NCBI GenBank assembly: GCA_963768655.1
Contig: CAVYIM010000005.1
Location: 160,001 to 224,000 of the forward strand
Direction: 5' to 3'
DNA from: an uncultured Chloroflexia bacterium
Lineage (GTDB): Bacteria > Chloroflexota > Limnocylindria > Limnocylindrales > CSP1-4
DNA length: 64,000 nt
Notes under the pieces: model-generated
What the model saw: only the letters and a program-made list of their open reading frames with translations
What the model was told of the DNA's origin: nothing
Database searches by the model: none
Program-made: the position numbers and the translations under genes
Shown: positions 49,753 through 60,709 of the stretch, in pieces
How positions within the stretch are numbered: the first letter of the stretch is position 1
How the letters are laid out: the number at the start of each line of letters is the position of its first letter

Positions 49753-51223
49753 CTAGTAGATCGGCGTGTCGGGGCCGACCGCCTCGAGCCTGCAGATCAC
49801 ATCGCGCACGAACCGGCCGACCTGCGCCCCGTCGGTGGCCCGGTGGTCGTAGCCGGCAACCAGGTTCATCATCGAGCGGATGGCGATGACGTCGCCTTCG
49901 GGCGTCTCGCGGACCACGGGCCGCTTCACGACGGCCTCCGTGGTCAGGATGCAGACCTCCGGGATGTTGAGGATCGGGACCGTCAGGATCGAGCCGAACC
50001 AGCCGGTGTTGTCGACCGTGAAGGTTCCACCCTGCAGGTCCTCGAGGCGCAGCCTGTTCGACCGGGCTCGCGCCGCGAGGTCCTGGATCGCGCGATTGAT
50101 GCCGCTGATCGAGAGCTGATCCGCGTCGTGGATGACCGGAACGATCAGCCCGTTCTCGACGGCGATGGCGATTCCGACATTGATGCGGCGCTTGCGCAGC
50201 AGGCCGCCGTCCGTGTAGTGGGCGTTGAGGTCGGGATTGGCCATCAGCCCCTCGACGACGGCCTTGACCACGAACGGCAGGAAACTGAGGCCGACGCCCT
50301 CGCGGTCCTTGTATGCGGCTCCGATCGAGGCCCTCAGGTTGACGACGGCGGTCATGTCCGCTTCGAAGGTGCTGTGAGCGACCGGGATGGCGGCGGCACG
50401 CGTCATCTGCGCCGCGATGCCACGACGCATCTGGGTATGCGGGACGAGCACTTCGTCCTGACCGGGCTCCCAGGTCACGGCGGGCGACGACGGACTCGAC
50501 GGGGTCGAAAGGACCGACGGTGCCAGGCCCGGCGCATGGCTCGGGACCACGCGCTCGGGTGCCGGGTAGACGGACGGCGGGACGGCGGCCTGGCCGGCCG
50601 CAGTGGCAGCTCCACGCCCCACGGCGCTCGCTCCCGACCCGAGTCGCGCCAGGGAAGCTCATGACGTCGTCGCGGGTGATGCGGCCAGAGTGGCCCGTCC
50701 CGACGATCTGCGCGGGAATCAGGCCGTGCTCTCGCAGCATGCGGCGGACCGAGGGCGTCATGCGCGCGTCCGGGTCGCCGGGCCGGTCGTCGGCCTCCGC
50801 CCGCATCACCGGCACGAGCGCAGGGGCGGCGGGGAAGATGGGGAGTGGCGCCGGCCGTGGCGCCGTGAGTGGGGCCGAGGGCGCCGAGGGCGCCGGAGCG
50901 GCCGGGCTCGTGGCGACGGCCGTAGCCCCGAGAGCCGCCGCCTGCGCGGCGGCCGTGCCCGCTCCCCGGGGAGTGGCCGCGGCCCCTGTCACTTCCTCGA
51001 TCTCCGCGATCTCGACGTTGTACGGGACCGTCTGCCCCTCGTCGACGAGTATCCGGCGCAGGATCCCCTCGAAGGGCGACGGGACCTCGGCGTTGACCTT
51101 GTCGGTGATGACCTCCAGCAGCGGCTCGTCCCTGGCGACGCTGTCGCCGGGGTGCTTGAGCCACTTCCCGATCGTCCCCTCGGCCACGCTCTCGCCGAGT
51201 TGGGGCATCGTCACCTTGGCCAC
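49753..51223 (-). CDS. dihydrolipoamide acyltransferase (E2) of a 2-oxoacid dehydrogenase (apparent +1 frameshift at ~50652)
   Basis: Lipoyl domain ITDKV, E3-binding GTGHSGRITRDDV, catalytic DHRATDG; removing one C from CCCTGG gives DDVMSFLARL in frame. Confidence 0.9.
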
Positions 51224-51693
51224 GTATCGCTCCTCCTGCGAGGTCTCCGTGGCGACGGGCTCGCCGCCGCCGTTGCCCGCTAGTTTGGCCCATCTGGCGT
51301 GATGCGGGCCAGTCGCGCGATTCACAGCCCACTCCGCGGGTTTAGGGGCCCGATGCCGGGGGACCGATTACCGACTCCGTTCCAAATATCACCGCGGGCG
51401 ATGCTACGCGACGAGTTCGCTCGATCGAGCCCCTCTTGCGCCCCGGTTCAAGCGTGGATTGGGCCGCGGCGCCGTCCACCACCGCACGAGCGCCGCGAAT
51501 TGGTGCCCTGACCCACGTAGCATCGCTCCCGGCGACATTGAGCAGAAACACCGGCGCAACAGGCTCCAGACCAGGTGCGGTTGGGCCAGTGCCGTCTCGC
51601 ACCGCGGTTCGCTACGATTCCGACGACATGCGGCCCGGCGCGGCGGCACCCATCATGATCCGAGATCCCGTTTCGGAGCCCAAGGAGGATCGA

Positions 51694-52470
51694 GTGGCCA
51701 GGACGATCGTGCTCATCCACGGGGCGTGGATGACGCCGCTCTGCTGGGAGGGCTTCATCCGGCGCTACGAGGCCCGGGGCTACCGCGTCATCGCGCCGGC
51801 CTGGCCGTACGACGATCGCCCCGTGCCCGAATTGCGCCGCTCGCCCGCCCCGGAACTGGCCGGCGTCGGGTTCCGCGAAATCACCGATCACTACGAGCGG
51901 ATCATCAAGGCCCTCCCGGAGCCGCCGCTTATCATCGGCCACTCGATGGGCGGCCTGGTGGCGCAGCAGCTCCTTGACCGCGGCCTCGGCGCGGCCGGCG
52001 TGGCGATCGACCCCGCACCGCCGCGCGGCGTGCTTGCGGGGCCTCGCGCCACGTGGTCCGGCCTGCCGACCGTGCTGGCCTGGGGCAGCTGGCGGAAGGT
52101 TCGACCGATGTCGTTTCGGCGCTTCGCCTGGAGCTTCTGCCACACCCTGGAGGCGGACGAGCAGCTCGCCGCGTATCAGCGCCAGGTCGTGCCGACGCCG
52201 GGCCGGCTGTACTGGCAGCTGCTATTCGGCCGGGACACGAACGTCGACTTCCGCAACGGCAAGCGCGCTCCGCTGCTGATAACCGCGGCGTCGAAGGACC
52301 GCGCCGTCGATGCCTCGACGATCCGCTCGAACTACCGCAAGTACCGCCGATCCCCCGCCATCACGGAGCTCCTGGAGTTCCCCGACCGAACCCACTGGCT
52401 CATCGCCGCTCCGGGCTGGGAGGAGGTCGCCGACTCGATCCTCGGCTGGGTCGAGAAGCGCTCGAAATAG
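51694..52470 (+). CDS. alpha/beta hydrolase
   Basis: LIHGAW, GHSMGG, D and H of the triad (KDRA, THW); AGGAGG RBS. Confidence 0.9.
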   Translation: MARTIVLIHGAWMTPLCWEGFIRRYEARGYRVIAPAWPYDDRPVPELRRSPAPELAGVGFREITDHYERIIKALPEPPLIIGHSMGGLVAQQLLDRGLGAAGVAIDPAPPRGVLAGPRATWSGLPTVLAWGSWRKVRPMSFRRFAWSFCHTLEADEQLAAYQRQVVPTPGRLYWQLLFGRDTNVDFRNGKRAPLLITAASKDRAVDASTIRSNYRKYRRSPAITELLEFPDRTHWLIAAPGWEEVADSILGWVEKRSK

Positions 52471-52528
52471 GCGCGCCGCACCCCGAACCCCGGATCGCCG
52501 CCCGCGCCGGGCGAGCCGCCGCGCCGCG

Positions 52529-53968
52529 CTAGGCGTTGATCTGGCGACCTGCGACGGCCATCGCGGCCTCGCCTACGATCTCGGCCAGGGTGGGATGCGG
52601 ATGCGTGGCCGCGCCGATCTCCCAGGCCGTGGCCTCGAGCGTCATCCCCAGGGCCGCCTCCGCGATCAGGTCCGTCACTGCCGGCCCGATCAGATGCACG
52701 CCCAGGACCTCGTCGTTGGATGCGTCCGCGATCACCTTGGCGAAGCCTTCGGTCTCGCCCACGATCACCGCCTTGGCGATCGCGGCGAAGTTGAAGACCC
52801 CCTTCTTGATGGCGATGCCGCGCTCCTCGCACTGCTGCTCGGTCAGACCGATCGAGGCGACCTGCGGGCGGGTGAACGTCGCCCGCGGCTGGTGGTCGTA
52901 GTCGATCGCCTCGGGTCCCTCGCCGGCGATGTCGTGGACGGCCACGATCCCCTCGTGCGCGGCCACGTGGGCGAGCATCAGCCCGCCGATGAGGTCGCCG
53001 ATGGCGTAGACGTGCGGCTGGGCGGTCCGCATCCAGCCGTCGACCTTGACGAAGCCGCGCTCGAGCTCGACCCGGGTCGTCTCCAGGCCGACGTCCTCGC
53101 TGTTCGGCGCCCGCCCGGTCGCCATCAGCAGCTGCTCGACGCGCAGCTCCTCGGAGACGCCGCCGTCCGGACCGACCAGCATCGAGACGCCGTCGTCGGT
53201 GATCTTGACGGCGGCGGTATCGAAGCGGGCCCTGGTGACGACCCTGATGCCGCGCCGCGTGAAGCTGCGCTCCAGGGCGGCGCTGAGGTCGCGGTCCTCG
53301 AGCGGAACGATCGCCGGCAGGTATTCGAGCAGCGTCACCGCGACGCCGAGGTCGTGATACAGCGAGGCGAACTCGGAGCCGACGGCGCCGGCGCCGACGA
53401 TGGCGATGCTCTTCGGCAGGACCGCCTTCGTTGTCACGTCGTCAGAGGTGATGATCCGGCGGCCGTCGGGCACGATGCCGGGCAGGCTCTTGACGCGGCT
53501 GCCGGTGGCGAGGATCACGTTCTTCGCGTGGAGGACCCGCTCGCCGCCCGCGCCGGGCGTTCCATCCTCGCCGTTGAGCGCGACGCGGATCGCGCCGGCG
53601 CCTTCGAGGCGACCTCGCCCCGCGACCCACGTCACCTTGTTCTTGTCGACCAGGCCCCGCAGGCCAGTCCACATCCGCTTCACGACCTGGTCGCGCCGCC
53701 GTGCGATCGCTTCGAAGTCGAGGCCGGGCTGACCCTCGAGCACGATCCCGAACTCCCTGGCCTTCTTGAGGCGAGCGAACAGCTCGGCCAATTCGAGGAG
53801 CGCCTTAGTGGGGATGCAGCCGACATGGAGGCACGTCCCGCCGATCTTGCCCTGGTCTACGAGCGCGACGCTCATGCCCAGCTGAGCGGCCCGAAAAGCG
53901 GCGGTGTAGCCACCGGTGCCGGCGCCGAGGACGATCAGGTCGAAGTCGTTGGTGGAGCCAGGGGCCAT
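52529..53968 (-). CDS. lpdA: dihydrolipoyl dehydrogenase
   Basis: GGTCLHVGCIPTK, GAGAVG, HPHPTLAE. Confidence 0.96.
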   Translation of the reverse strand: MAPGSTNDFDLIVLGAGTGGYTAAFRAAQLGMSVALVDQGKIGGTCLHVGCIPTKALLELAELFARLKKAREFGIVLEGQPGLDFEAIARRRDQVVKRMWTGLRGLVDKNKVTWVAGRGRLEGAGAIRVALNGEDGTPGAGGERVLHAKNVILATGSRVKSLPGIVPDGRRIITSDDVTTKAVLPKSIAIVGAGAVGSEFASLYHDLGVAVTLLEYLPAIVPLEDRDLSAALERSFTRRGIRVVTRARFDTAAVKITDDGVSMLVGPDGGVSEELRVEQLLMATGRAPNSEDVGLETTRVELERGFVKVDGWMRTAQPHVYAIGDLIGGLMLAHVAAHEGIVAVHDIAGEGPEAIDYDHQPRATFTRPQVASIGLTEQQCEERGIAIKKGVFNFAAIAKAVIVGETEGFAKVIADASNDEVLGVHLIGPAVTDLIAEAALGMTLEATAWEIGAATHPHPTLAEIVGEAAMAVAGRQINA

Positions 53969-54382
53969 GGTTCGTCGGCCTCGCGCTGCGGATCGGGGTG
54001 GATGTCCGAAGCGTACCCGGCGATCCGGGAACGAGCAACCGAACCCGCCGGGACGGCGCGGGACGCGGATCAGCCGGCGCGGGGGGCGCGTCGCGGGCGC
54101 GTCGCGGAACGCGACGCAGCAGCCGACGCGGGACGGCCCCAGGCATCGTCCGGATCGGCGGCCGCCGATATCCTGCCCAACTTGCCTGGGGTGAAAGTTG
54201 GGTCAGGCAAGGCGCCGTTGCGGGCCCCGATCCGACCGGCGCCGCCGCGATCCACGCTCAGGAACAGAGCCAAGGCGACGACCACGGCCTCGCACGCGGT
54301 CGATCTGTCGCCTAACTCTCATGCCGTGAAAGTTGGACTAGATACCGGGCCGCGGCGAGGGCGAGGCGGAGGCGTGGCGGGG

Positions 54383-54476
54383 CGGACCGCCGCGCGGTCG
54401 CGGGCGGGGCGCCAGGCGCCGGACCGCCGCGCGGTCGCGGGCAGGGCGGGGCGCCAGGCGCCGGACCGCCGCGCGG
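54383..54476. repeat. ~40-bp imperfect tandem repeat
   Basis: ggaccgccgcgcgg x3 with ggggcgccaggcgcc x2. Confidence 0.8.
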
Positions 54477-54533
54477 AACGGCGACCCGGCGGCCGGAAAC
54501 GGGGCGCGACACCCGCGCCACGTCCCAAACGGA

Positions 54534-54561
54534 ACGACCCGGGCAACGCGGCCCGGGTCGT
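54534..54561. terminator. stem-loop after zinc-ribbon gene
   Basis: acgacccgggc-aacgcg-gcccgggtcgt. Confidence 0.7.
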
Positions 54562-54581
54562 GGCTTCGGAGGTAGCGGCGG

Positions 54582-54899
54582 TCAGTTGCCGCGCGCGCTC
54601 CGGAAGCAGTCGCTGCAGTAGACCGGCTTGCCGTTGGTCGGCTGGAACGGGACCTCGGTGGCGCGTCCACATCTGCTGCACGTGGCGGGATACATCTGGC
54701 GCGGTCCTCGATCGTAGCCGCCGTAGCCGCCGCTATGGCCGGCGCCGCCCTCCGGACGCGCGGCCTTCCGCGCAGTCCGGCAGGGGCCGCATCGTTTGGG
54801 TTCGGAGAATCCCCGCTGGGCGTAGAAGTCCTGCTCGCTCGCGGTAAATACGAACTGCTGGCCGCAGTCGGCGCAGACCAGAATCTTGTCCGTGTACAC
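54582..54899 (-). CDS. zinc-ribbon plus CxxC-x17-CxxC domain protein
   Basis: DKILVCADCG..FTASEQDFY..PKRC..CR; CSRCG..VPFQP..PVYCSDC. Confidence 0.93.
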   Translation of the reverse strand: MYTDKILVCADCGQQFVFTASEQDFYAQRGFSEPKRCGPCRTARKAARPEGGAGHSGGYGGYDRGPRQMYPATCSRCGRATEVPFQPTNGKPVYCSDCFRSARGN

Positions 54900-55259
54900 G
54901 AGAACCTGGAACTCCTCTCAGTAGCCGCTCCCTCCGTGTCCTCGCGGCTGAGCGTGAGAGGCCCGGTCGTCGTGCTACCTGGACGCTGGCTCACGGCCAG
55001 CCCGTGAGCGTTGCGGCGGGATTGTACGTCCGACGTTGCAGCGTGCATAGGGTCCGGCAAAGTCCAGGTTTGGGCACCTGTACAGGACCCTCATTACCGA
55101 TTGACAAGTCTTGTACGGCTCGTCAGAAACTACCTGACATACCGCGGCACCTTGAGCGGTTTCAACCCCCCAAGTGCCTGGGCCGGTGCCCCCGGCAGCC
55201 GAACCCGGCGCAGAACCTCTTCGGCCGAGGCAATCTGGGACCGGACTAGCCGATTGGAC

Positions 55260-56600
55260 ATGCATGCCATGAACCGCAGCCATCGCCGTCTCTCCACGCT
55301 GGCCTCGGTCGCCACGCTCGTCCTGGTGGCTGGATTTGGCGCAGTCACGCCGGCGGTCGCCGCAACCGCCACCCCGGCGGCGACCTTCATCGCGCCCGTT
55401 CCCGGCCTGATCACGGTGACGCAGACAGGCTCGTTCACTGTGAGCTGGACGATCTCCAAAGGCGTGTCGGTCAGCTCTACCACCGTGGTCGTCCAAACGT
55501 CGCGCCCGGTCGGAGTGACCGGCTGCGACCTCCGCTGGCTGCCCGTCGGGTCTGCGTCGGTCCCCGGTGCCTCGTATCACGCCGCCGGGCTGCCGGTCAA
55601 TCGGTGCTATCGATTCCTGCTCGTGCTGGCCACCGGCACCGGCACTCAGACCGTGACTTCGCCGACGATCATCCCAGCCCCGGCCGGCCTCGGCCCCACG
55701 GCGGACTTCACCAACCCGTTCGAAGATGGACTCGTCGACTACGAAACGACGGCCCGGATCGGCTGGGCTCCGCGGGACACCTTCGGCTCGACGATCACCT
55801 CGACCAGCCTGTTCGAGGAGTCGGCCCCGGCCGTCGGCGGCAGTTGCGCGGGCGTGAAATGGGCCAGCGCGACGAAGCTCGCGTTCACCGGCAGCTCGGT
55901 CAACCGGACCCTGCAGCGCTCGTTCTGCTATCGCTACCTGCTCGAGCTCCAGGACGCCGCCGGCTTCCGCAGCTGGCTCACTTCGGGCGCGATGCTCGTG
56001 GCCAGCGGGCTCCCCAGCTGGACCGGCTCCCTCGACTTCTTCCGACTCAGCGCCTTCGCGTCGCAGGCGACGAACACGTGGTGCGTGGCGGCGAGCAGCC
56101 AGATGATGCTGAACATGATCCTCGGCGAGAGCGACTCCTCGACGAGCGCCCAGGCCACCTACATCGCCTACGGCCAGGCTCACGACGGAGGCTCATACCC
56201 GAGCGGCACGAACCCGGCCGGCTGGGCCGCAATCCTCGACCGCTACGGCGGCGCGAGCTACTCGGTGCAGAGCTTCACCACCAGCGCCGCGGCCCTGAAG
56301 CAGGCCGCCATCCGAATGCGCCAGACGAACAAACCGGTGGGGATGCTGGTGTGGAAAGGCCGCCACGCCTGGGTCATGGACGGCTTCAGTGCGAGTGCCG
56401 ATCCCGCGACCACGACCAACTTCACGATCACCGGCGTCGACGTCACCGGGCCGCTCTACCCGCGGGCGATGAACTCGTCGGGATATGACCTGCCGCCCGA
56501 CACGCAGCTCACGCCCGGCCAGCTGGCCAAGTACTTCCTGCCATACACCGACACGACCGTGAAGACCTGGAACGGCACGTACGTGCTGATCGTGCCGTAG
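55260..56600 (+). CDS. secreted protein with C-terminal papain-like (C39-like) cysteine peptidase domain
   Basis: Signal peptide, two beta-rich repeats (CYRF/CYRY), SQ..TWCVAASSQM, GRHAWVM, GPLYP. Confidence 0.75.
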   Translation: MHAMNRSHRRLSTLASVATLVLVAGFGAVTPAVAATATPAATFIAPVPGLITVTQTGSFTVSWTISKGVSVSSTTVVVQTSRPVGVTGCDLRWLPVGSASVPGASYHAAGLPVNRCYRFLLVLATGTGTQTVTSPTIIPAPAGLGPTADFTNPFEDGLVDYETTARIGWAPRDTFGSTITSTSLFEESAPAVGGSCAGVKWASATKLAFTGSSVNRTLQRSFCYRYLLELQDAAGFRSWLTSGAMLVASGLPSWTGSLDFFRLSAFASQATNTWCVAASSQMMLNMILGESDSSTSAQATYIAYGQAHDGGSYPSGTNPAGWAAILDRYGGASYSVQSFTTSAAALKQAAIRMRQTNKPVGMLVWKGRHAWVMDGFSASADPATTTNFTITGVDVTGPLYPRAMNSSGYDLPPDTQLTPGQLAKYFLPYTDTTVKTWNGTYVLIVP

Positions 56601-56631
56601 CGGAGGCGCTCGGCGCCCGATGGCCTGATGG

Positions 56632-57513
56632 TCAGAGCCGATCGGCTTCCTGCGGAATGCCGATGGGCGCCACCAGCACCCTGCCTGCGACGGCCGCGCC
56701 GCGGCGCGCCAGCAGTCCCGTCTTGGGCCGGTGGAACGTGACGGTGAGATGCGCCCGAACGACCGGGTCGGAGAGGTCGCCGCTGGTAAGGTCGACGGCG
56801 GTCGGACAGTCGACGGCGACGATTGGGATCCCCGCTCGCCGCGCTTTGGCGATCAGCTCGACGGCGCTGCGAATCGGCTCGCGCAGCGGTCCGGCGGTGC
56901 CGGTCCCCAGCAGCGCGTCCACGACCACGGCCGCCTTTTCGATGCCCTGGGAGAGGATCGCCACGTCCCGGGGGACGGGGGTGTGGACCCGCTCGACTCG
57001 ATCCTCGGCGTCGAGGCGGTCCCAGTTGCGGGCTGCGTCCTTGCCCGCCGGGCGGCCCTCGCCGGCGACGAGCACGACGACGACCCTGGCCCCGTGGCGC
57101 GCCAGGTGCCGCGCGGCGACGAAGCCGTCGCCGCCGTTGTTGCCGGGACCGCACAGCACCAGGATCGGTCCCTTGAGCCAGCGCTCCGTTTCGACGGCCA
57201 GGGCGCGAGTGGCCGCGGCCACCGCACAGCCGGCCTGCTCCATCAGCCGCGTGCCCGTCACTCCCATCGCCTGGGCCCGCCGATCGGCGCCCCGCATGGC
57301 CTCGGCTCCGATGGCAGAGGACTCCATGGAGCGGGACCAGCGGGCGGCGAGCTCGTCCAGGCCGAGACTGAACAGCGTGGCGTCGTCCGCGGGGAGCGGC
57401 GGCATCCGCCACGCACCCGCCTCCGTAGCCCCGACGGTGGCCGGCGCAGCGGCGGCCGGCAGAGAGACCTCGGCCGTGCGGCGGTTCGGAGAGTCGCGTC
57501 TCGGCGTGGGCAT
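56632..57513 (-). CDS. nnrE: NAD(P)H-hydrate epimerase (YjeF N-terminal only)
   Basis: LMEQAG, CGPGNNGGDG, VDALLGTG, AVDCPT, TFHRPK. Confidence 0.9.
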   Translation of the reverse strand: MPTPRRDSPNRRTAEVSLPAAAAPATVGATEAGAWRMPPLPADDATLFSLGLDELAARWSRSMESSAIGAEAMRGADRRAQAMGVTGTRLMEQAGCAVAAATRALAVETERWLKGPILVLCGPGNNGGDGFVAARHLARHGARVVVVLVAGEGRPAGKDAARNWDRLDAEDRVERVHTPVPRDVAILSQGIEKAAVVVDALLGTGTAGPLREPIRSAVELIAKARRAGIPIVAVDCPTAVDLTSGDLSDPVVRAHLTVTFHRPKTGLLARRGAAVAGRVLVAPIGIPQEADRL

Positions 57514-57532
57514 CGGGTGTCTCCCCGCCGCC

Positions 57533-60452
57533 CTAGCCGGTGTTCTGCAGGCCGGCCGCGACGCCGTTGACGGTGAGCTGCACGAGCGTGGCCACGCGGT
57601 CGCGATCCGGGTGGTTCGGCGGCAGCGAGCGAAGCCGGGCAAGGTAATGGACCTGGATGTGCGACAGCGGATCGATGTAGGGCCGCCGCAACCGGATCGA
57701 GCGCCGAACTGCCGGATCGGTCTCGAGCAACTCGCGATGGCCGGTCACTCTGGCCAGCTCCTCGATCGAAAGCGCGTACTCGGCCCGGATACAGGCCCAC
57801 AGCCGCCTGCCGGTGGGCGTGTCGGCGAGCGCCGCGTAGAGGCTCCCTATCTCCGGCTCGGATCGATACAGGATCAGCTCGGCGTTGTCGAAGGCGCTCG
57901 ACAGGAACGGCCAGTCGCGGTAGAGCGTGGCCAGCTTCTCGGCCGACCTGGCGCCGTGGGCCCGCCGGTAGGCCTTGAGAGCTGAGCCCAGGCCGTACCA
58001 GGCCGGCAGCCCGATCCTCGCCTGCTGCCAGGCGAAGACCCACGGAATCGCCCGCAGCGATTCGATGCCCGGCGCCGGCATGGCCGGCTCCACTACCCAG
58101 GCCGGCTGGGAGAGCCGCCGCGGCGCCTCGGCGCCGCCGCGGCGCGCCGGCCGCGACCCCAGGGCCATGGCCGAGAGTTCGTTCACCGGCGTCGCGGCCC
58201 GGAAGAACTCCGGGAACCCGGGCTCGTCGTACACCAGCGAGCGGTAGGCGTCCCGCGCGAAGCGGGCCATCTCGTCCATCACCGCCTTGCCGCGGCCGTC
58301 CGCCTCGGCCACGCAGTCGTCGTGCTCGTGAGTGGAGGCGATGATCGCCGCGCTCGCCACCAGTTCCAGGTGGTGCTCGGCGATGACGGCGTTCGAGTAG
58401 TTGGCCGCGACCGTCTCGCCCTGTTCGGTCATCTTGAAGCGGCCGTCGATGGAGCGTGGAGCCTGGGCCAGGATGGCCCGGTTCGTCGGGCCGCCTCCCC
58501 GGCCGATGGCGCCGCCCCTGCCGTGGAAGAGCGTCAGCTCGACACCGTTGCGGCGGGCCACCTCGGCCAGGCGCGACTGCGCCCGGTAGAGCATCCAGAC
58601 CGCCGAGAGGAAGCCCGACTCCTTGTTCGAATCGGAGTATCCGAGCATCACTTCCTGACGGTTGCCGCGGGACTCCAGGTGCCGGCGGTAGTCCGGATTG
58701 GCCAGCAGCGTCTCCAGGATCTCGCCGCAGTTCTCGAGCGCGTCCGCCGAATTCGAAGAGCGGCACGACATCGAGATTGGCCTGGCCGCGAACGAAGCCG
58801 CTCGTGGCCACGGTCGGGACAATTCCGCCGGCGGCCATGTCGGAGAGCTGCAGGACGGCCATGACGTCATCCGCGGTGCGGGTGAAGCTGATCACGTAGC
58901 GGTGGCAGGCATCCTCGCCGAAGCGCCGCTGGATTGCCGCGACGGCACGGAAAGTGGCCAGGACCTCGCCCGGCGAGACGCCGGGGACGAGCTCGCGGGC
59001 CAGGTCGGGCGAAGTCATGCCGCGACTGTGCATCAGGGCCTGTAGAGCCTCGGCGTGGACTTCGGAGTGCTGGCGGATCTCGAGGGAGGCGAGATGGAAG
59101 CCGAACGTCTCGACCTGCCAGCGGAAGTCCTGAATCTCCCCGTAGGCGACGCGCGGCATCCCGTCCGCGACCAGGCAGGCTTGAAGCTCCGCCAGCTCCT
59201 CGATGAGCTGCTCGGTCGTCTCGTAGTGCCCGGCCACCGGGCCCGCCTCCTCGGTGAGGTACCAGCGAGTGCGGCGCAGGCGCTCGGCAATCGCCCCCAT
59301 GCGGCGGCGGTACGGCTCGTCGGGGAAGCGGCGAGCCAGATCGCGCATCGCCTCGGGCAGCTCTTCGGCATCGCGGGCGAGGCGGTTCTCGAACTCCGGG
59401 TGGATCCCCTCGCTCGAGATCTGGGCCGACAGCGTCGTCAGAAGCCTTGTCGCCACCGCCTCGTAGCCGCGCAGGACGTGGTCGGCGTGGATGCGCGGGA
59501 CCTGGCGAGTGAGCTCCGCAGTAACCGCCGGATTGCCGTCACGGTCGCCTCCTATCCACGAGCCCCACTGCAGGAAAGCGGATATGCGCGGCGGCCGCGT
59601 ACCGCTCGAGCCGGCATCGCCGGCGGGCCCGACGGGGCGAGTCCTCCGGCCTGCGACTCGCGCCCGGTCCATGGCTCGATCGAAGGCGCGGTAGACGCGC
59701 GGCACCGCCCGGAACAGCGTCTCGTCGAAGAACGCGAGGGCCGTGCGAACCTCGTCGATCGGGCTCGGAGCGGTCTTGCGCACCGAGGAGGTCCGCCACA
59801 GCAGGCTGATCTCCTCGCGCAGCTTGCGCATGATTTCGGCCTCGTCAACGACACCGAGGCGCGGATCGTCGAGCTGCTCCAGAAGCCGATAGCAACGGCG
59901 CAGGGCGATCAGCGTCGTGCGCCGGCGGGCTTCGGTGGGATGGGCAGTCAGGACCGGCGTGACCCGCAACCGCCGCAGCAGCTCCTCGATCCGATCGGCG
60001 GACCAATCACGCTCGCGCAGCCAGTCGATGGCCGACTCCGCAGAGCCTTCGGCCGGCTTAGCCGACTTCTGGGCTCTGTTGAGCCGGCGAACCTGGTCGC
60101 GTTCCTCGCACAGGTTGACGAGCTGAAAGTACAGGCTGAAGGCATTGGCCAGCGCCTCGGCCTGGTCGATCGCCAGTGATTCGAGCTCCGTCGCAAGCGC
60201 GTCGTGAGCCCCCTCGTCGCCCGACTCTCGGAAAGCGATAGAGCGAAGACGGTTCCGTTCGACCAGCTCCAGCAGCTGCGGCCCGCTCTGTTCCGCGATA
60301 ACCTCGCCGAGCAGGGATCCCAGCAGCTTCACCTCGCGCGACAGTGGATCGGGCGGTCCGCCGCTGCGCGCGGGCCGGGGCTCGGCCTGCACGGACGTCG
60401 TGCTCACGGCGTGCGCTTGAGATGGCTTTGGCGAGAGGCGATGGACGGGCAT
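57533..60452 (-). CDS. ppc: phosphoenolpyruvate carboxylase (apparent +1 frameshift at ~58751)
   Basis: VLTAHPTE, WIGGDRDGNP, MLGYSDSNK, FHGRGG..GRGG, LRAIPW, LQNTG; removing one base from CGAATTCGG restores PLFESAD. Confidence 0.93.
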
Positions 60453-60709
60453 GTCCCGGGAGCATACAGCGGCGGACAATTCTGCCGACCGCGCTGACGA
60501 CGGCAGGCCCTGCGCGGCGATCCCGAACTCCGGCTCGCGGCGCTCGCCCGGCCGCGATCCGCGACGATTCGAGCGGCGCCTGAGGTCCCGCGGGGCAGGA
60601 GGATCGGCTGGTCCCGATGGTACGATCGAGGCACCAAGGTTTCTCCGTAAGGGACGACACCTAGAGCAGAAGAGGCCCGTGTCGGTGGGTGCTCGGTGTC
60701 GGAGGCGAA

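Noticed and set aside
55140-55260. c-di-AMP or c-di-GMP riboswitch
   Set aside because: Only a short gccgaaccc resemblance; the consensus cores are absent.
57533-60452. ppc, E2, MTase, GNAT and anti-sigma as pseudogenes or programmed frameshifts
   Set aside because: Both halves are intact, there are no slippery heptamers, and all breaks share two motifs, which fits sequencing error better.
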